Assembly: GCA_965249575.1 (NCBI GenBank)
Contig: OZ252244.1
Coordinates: 1,632,001-1,696,000, forward strand
Direction of reading: 5' to 3'
DNA length: 64,000 nucleotides
Origin: Gemmatimonadales bacterium
GTDB lineage: Bacteria > Gemmatimonadota > Gemmatimonadetes > Gemmatimonadales > GWC2-71-9
Shown here: positions 60,891-64,000 of the stretch, in pieces
Layout: each line of letters begins with the position of its first letter
How positions within the stretch are numbered: position 1 is the first letter of the stretch
Position numbers and translations under genes: made by a program
Notes under the pieces: generated by a model
Seen by the model: the letters and a program-made list of their open reading frames with translations, nothing else
Told to the model about the DNA's origin: nothing
Database searches by the model: none

Positions 60891-61651
60891 CGATCGAAAG
60901 AGAAGAGCGGGCATCGGTAACGGTCTTGCGCATGCGACACGGTAAGGTTCAAGCGATGGATCTCGAGCTACTGCGGTCGCTCGATGACGAGCTTCAGCGC
61001 GTGGAAGACGCTGAGATCGGGCGGGCGGTCGTGCTGACGGGAAGCGGCTCGGTGTTCAGCGCGGGCGTCGATCTATTCCGCCTCGTCGAGGGTGGAAGCA
61101 GTTATATCGACGAATTCTTGCCGCTGTTATCGGATGTCCTGCAGCGGGTGTTCGCGTTCCCCCGCCCGTTGGTTGCTGCGATCAACGGTCACGCCATCGC
61201 GGGAGGGTGCGTGCTGGCCTGCGCATGCGACTATCGCGTCGCGGCCCGAGGTTCGGGAACGATTGGCCTCCCCGAGCTTCGGGTCGGTGTCCCGTTTCCG
61301 CTCGTTCCGCTCGAGATCGTCCGGTTCGCGTTGCCCGCGGAGCACTTGCAGGAACTCGTCTATCTGGGCAGGACGTACCGCGTGGACGAGGCGGCCGGGC
61401 GAGGATTGGTGGACGAGGTCGTGAAGGGCGGCGACCTGATCGACCGCGCGTGCGACGTCGCCAGCCGTTTGGTCTCCGGGCCACCCGCCCGATTCGTTCT
61501 CGCCAAGCGCCAGCTCCGCGGTCCGACCATCCGTCGTATCCGGCGGCACGCAGTCGAAATGGATCGGAAGGTCCTGCGTGCCTGGAAGGACCCGGAGACG
61601 CTGCAGGCCATCCAGTCGTACCTGAGCAATACCATCAAGAAGTCCCGCTGA
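60887..61651 (+). CDS. Enoyl-CoA hydratase/isomerase family protein
   Basis: FSAGVDL, AINGHAIAGG, GLPE..VG. ATGA overlap with the upstream gene. Confidence 0.92.
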   Translation: MTIEREERASVTVLRMRHGKVQAMDLELLRSLDDELQRVEDAEIGRAVVLTGSGSVFSAGVDLFRLVEGGSSYIDEFLPLLSDVLQRVFAFPRPLVAAINGHAIAGGCVLACACDYRVAARGSGTIGLPELRVGVPFPLVPLEIVRFALPAEHLQELVYLGRTYRVDEAAGRGLVDEVVKGGDLIDRACDVASRLVSGPPARFVLAKRQLRGPTIRRIRRHAVEMDRKVLRAWKDPETLQAIQSYLSNTIKKSR

Positions 61652-61844
61652 CCCCTCGGGGCCAGCGCAGCGAGCCCTATCCTCCCGTTCCAGCAGGAGT
61701 TCCGACGACCAGCTCCACCGAATTGTGCGGTATGTCACAGAACAGCCGCCGCCGAACCGGCACGATAGGTACCCCAATCAGGGGTCCTCTCGGTTCAATT
61801 ACCTGTCTCTCCGCCGGTGACGGGCCGGCGGAGGAGGGCAAAAC

Positions 61845-62981
61845 ATGGTCGCGGTGCTGAAGGAACAGCAGACTCACTTCGACGAGGTGTTGCGGCGGGC
61901 CGGCATCGCCCTGCAGGGCCGTGACGTCGGCGTCTGGGAAGTCAGAGCCAACGGGCGGGTTTCCCCCGTGGCGGTCAGTTCGTCCCATCGGTCGCCCACC
62001 GAGACGACCGTCGAGCTCGACAATGTCCTTGCTAGCTGGGGCATCGAGCGGGGCACCGGGAGCCGCTGGCTGGGCTGCCGGCTCGAACAGGGGGGGCAAT
62101 GGTGCGTCGCGCCCGTCCGGGCCGACGCCCCCGAGCCGCCCCCGGCCGGAATCGAGAGGCGCAGCCCGGAGCGGATGACGCTCGAGCTCGCGGGCCTCTG
62201 TATCGGCTTGATGGACGACACGACGGGGCGCGTCTCAGGGCATGCCTTACGCCAAGCAAACAGTCTCCTGCGGGAAAGCCAGGCTCGGCTCGATCTCCTG
62301 GCGCGGACGACGCCCGCGATTCTCTGGACGACCGACGCGGCACTTCGAATCACCTCCACATCGGGTGCCGGCCTGGAGGAAGTGGGCCTCACGCCCGATC
62401 AGCTCGTCGGCATCTCGCTGCTCGACGGCCCGAACGCGCTGGGCGCCCACGCCGACGCGATCAGCGCGCACATGCGGGCCCTTGGCGGCGATACCGCCTC
62501 CTATCGGATCGAGTGGACCGGACGGGTATACGACGCACGGGTCGAAGCACTCGTGGACGACCGGGGCGTCGTGACCGGAGTGGCGGGAATCAGTCGAGAC
62601 GTTACCGATCGCGAGCGAGCCATGCAGGCTCTCAAGCGCACGCAGCGGGAACTCGACGATCTCTTCGAAAACGCGCCGGTCGGCGTCAACTTCGTGGCTC
62701 GGGACGGTACGATCCTGCGGGCTAACAAGGCCGAGCTCCAGCTACTGGGGTACGAGCGGGGGAATTACGTCGGCCACAACATCCGCGAGTTCCACCTCGA
62801 CCCACAGGCCATCGACGACGCATTGTTCTGGCTCGAGGGCGGGCAGCAGCTCATGAACTACGAGGCCGCCGTCCGGCACGCCGATGGGTCCGACCGTAGG
62901 GTAGTCATCAGCTCCAACGCGATCTTCGAAGACGGGAAGCTGATGCACATGCGCTCGTTCACCAGGGCGGCTGCCGCTTAA
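61845..62981 (+). CDS. Tandem PAS-domain protein with unknown N-terminal domain and no output domain
   Basis: ILWTTD...GISRDVT, LFENAPVG...ANKAEL.LLGY. Stops at RSFTRAAAA. Confidence 0.82.
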   Translation: MVAVLKEQQTHFDEVLRRAGIALQGRDVGVWEVRANGRVSPVAVSSSHRSPTETTVELDNVLASWGIERGTGSRWLGCRLEQGGQWCVAPVRADAPEPPPAGIERRSPERMTLELAGLCIGLMDDTTGRVSGHALRQANSLLRESQARLDLLARTTPAILWTTDAALRITSTSGAGLEEVGLTPDQLVGISLLDGPNALGAHADAISAHMRALGGDTASYRIEWTGRVYDARVEALVDDRGVVTGVAGISRDVTDRERAMQALKRTQRELDDLFENAPVGVNFVARDGTILRANKAELQLLGYERGNYVGHNIREFHLDPQAIDDALFWLEGGQQLMNYEAAVRHADGSDRRVVISSNAIFEDGKLMHMRSFTRAAAA

Positions 62982-63000
62982 GGGATAGACCGAGCGTTCC

Positions 63001-63028
63001 AAAAAGCCCGGCGCGCTCGACGCCGGGC
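63001..63028 (-). terminator. Hairpin with T-tract on the minus strand (possibly bidirectional)
   Basis: AAAAA-GCCCGGCG-N7-CGCCGGGC. Confidence 0.55.
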
Positions 63029-63278
63029 GCCGTTGAGCCCCGAAGTCTCCGATTCGTCCCGACCGGCGGCCCCACCCCAGATGGCCTCCCTAGGGCCAAA
63101 TCCCCCCGCGGCTTGCAGCTGCGGCACGCCAGTACGCCGGCACACCCGGCGAGCCGGAAGGCAAGTTCAAACTCAACCGGCACCTCGTGACCGGGTATAC
63201 TCGCCGCTAACGGAACCCGACCGTATCTTCACGTTGTCCCGCTACACAATGATCGAGTTCGGCCGTGAGGAGCACTAA

Positions 63279-63633
63279 ATGGGTCAGCCTGTGGTCCACT
63301 GGGAGCTATGGTCAAAGGATCCTGAACGGATCGGCGCCTCTTACGCGAAGGCATTCGACTGGAACGTCGACCACTTGAGTGAAATCGACTACCGCCTGGT
63401 CGACACCGGGGGCGAGAACGGTATCAACGGCGGAATCATGACGCCCAAGGAGGGGCCGTGGCCCGGCGATATGTGTCTGTATATCGCTGTGGACGACCTG
63501 AGTACCCACCGAAAGAAACTCGAGGCGGCCGGTGCCAAGATCATCGTGGAGCGGCAGGAGATGCCAAACGTCGGCGTTTTGCCTGTTTGAAGACCCCGAC
63601 GGCCGGGTGCGGGGCATTTGGCAGCAGGGGTGA
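63279..63633 (+). CDS. VOC family protein; frameshift near 63580
   Basis: PVVHWEL...GINGGI...YIAVDD, completed in another frame by LFEDPDGRVRGIWQ. Confidence 0.85.
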
Positions 63634-63693
63634 GGCCGCGGCACCTCGAAACGACTCTAGATCAAACCAGGGCCTTCACGAACAGGAGATACC

Positions 63694-63897
63694 GTGGCAA
63701 AGGGACACGAACTGCTACACCGCATTCAGGAAGCCCTGAGCGGGTTCGAAAAGGCGGTCGTTCAGCGCGAGCATAAGAAGCCGATCCTCGACAGTGCCGT
63801 CATGCTCCAGGACGAAGTCGACAAACAGCGGCAAAACGTCGTGGACACGATAATACAGGTCATCAAGGACGCGCAGGGGGAATACCTAAAGAAGTAA
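63694..63897 (+). CDS. Small hypothetical helical protein
   Basis: AGGAG RBS before GTG, typical codon usage, amphipathic helices. Confidence 0.7.
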   Translation: MAKGHELLHRIQEALSGFEKAVVQREHKKPILDSAVMLQDEVDKQRQNVVDTIIQVIKDAQGEYLKK

Positions 63898-64000
63898 GGC
63901 GGTCCCCCCCCAGCCCACCCCCTCCCGAGTGAGCAGCAAGGAGTAAGGAGGCCGCCCGATCCCCTCCCGCGACACGTCCAAAGCAGGCCGAGACCGGGCC

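Noticed and set aside
13760..63590. Programmed frameshifting or phase variation at the ~8 frameshifts
   Set aside because: They mostly fall in short homopolymers or dinucleotide runs in unrelated genes, with no shared slippery motif. Long-read indel error is the simpler explanation.
1..64000. CRISPR array, tRNA/rRNA, prophage, IS or known defence system
   Set aside because: I found no regularly spaced repeats, cloverleaf or rRNA-like sequence, and no integrase, transposase or phage structural motifs by eye.

Overview
High-GC bacterial chromosomal segment with about 58 CDS. The gene repertoire suggests Gemmatimonadota (inference). I saw no rRNA, tRNA, CRISPR array, transposase or integrase. 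Most genes encode hydrolases, peptidases, two-component proteins and DNA-repair enzymes. The best candidate for an undescribed system is a phosphate/polyphosphate locus at about 24.6-31.6 kb. It comprises a PafA-type alkaline phosphatase, a secreted CotH-like atypical kinase, a DUF4956 membrane protein and a ~1090-aa PPK1 with extra N-terminal CYTH-like and NUDIX-like domains. A PPK2 gene lies 20 kb upstream. Also notable are an expanded family of secreted His-motif LVIVD beta-propellers (two tandem copies, a stub of a third, one distant relative), a histone-H1-like basic protein, a small ADP-ribosyltransferase-fold protein and an amidohydrolase that has lost one metal site. Quality caveats: about 8 frameshifts, mostly in homopolymers or short repeats (probably long-read errors), two in-frame stops in otherwise intact genes, and at least five abrupt junctions where genes are cut or fused to unrelated fragments (real deletions or chimeric assembly). 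All family calls come from motif recognition by eye, not database searches.
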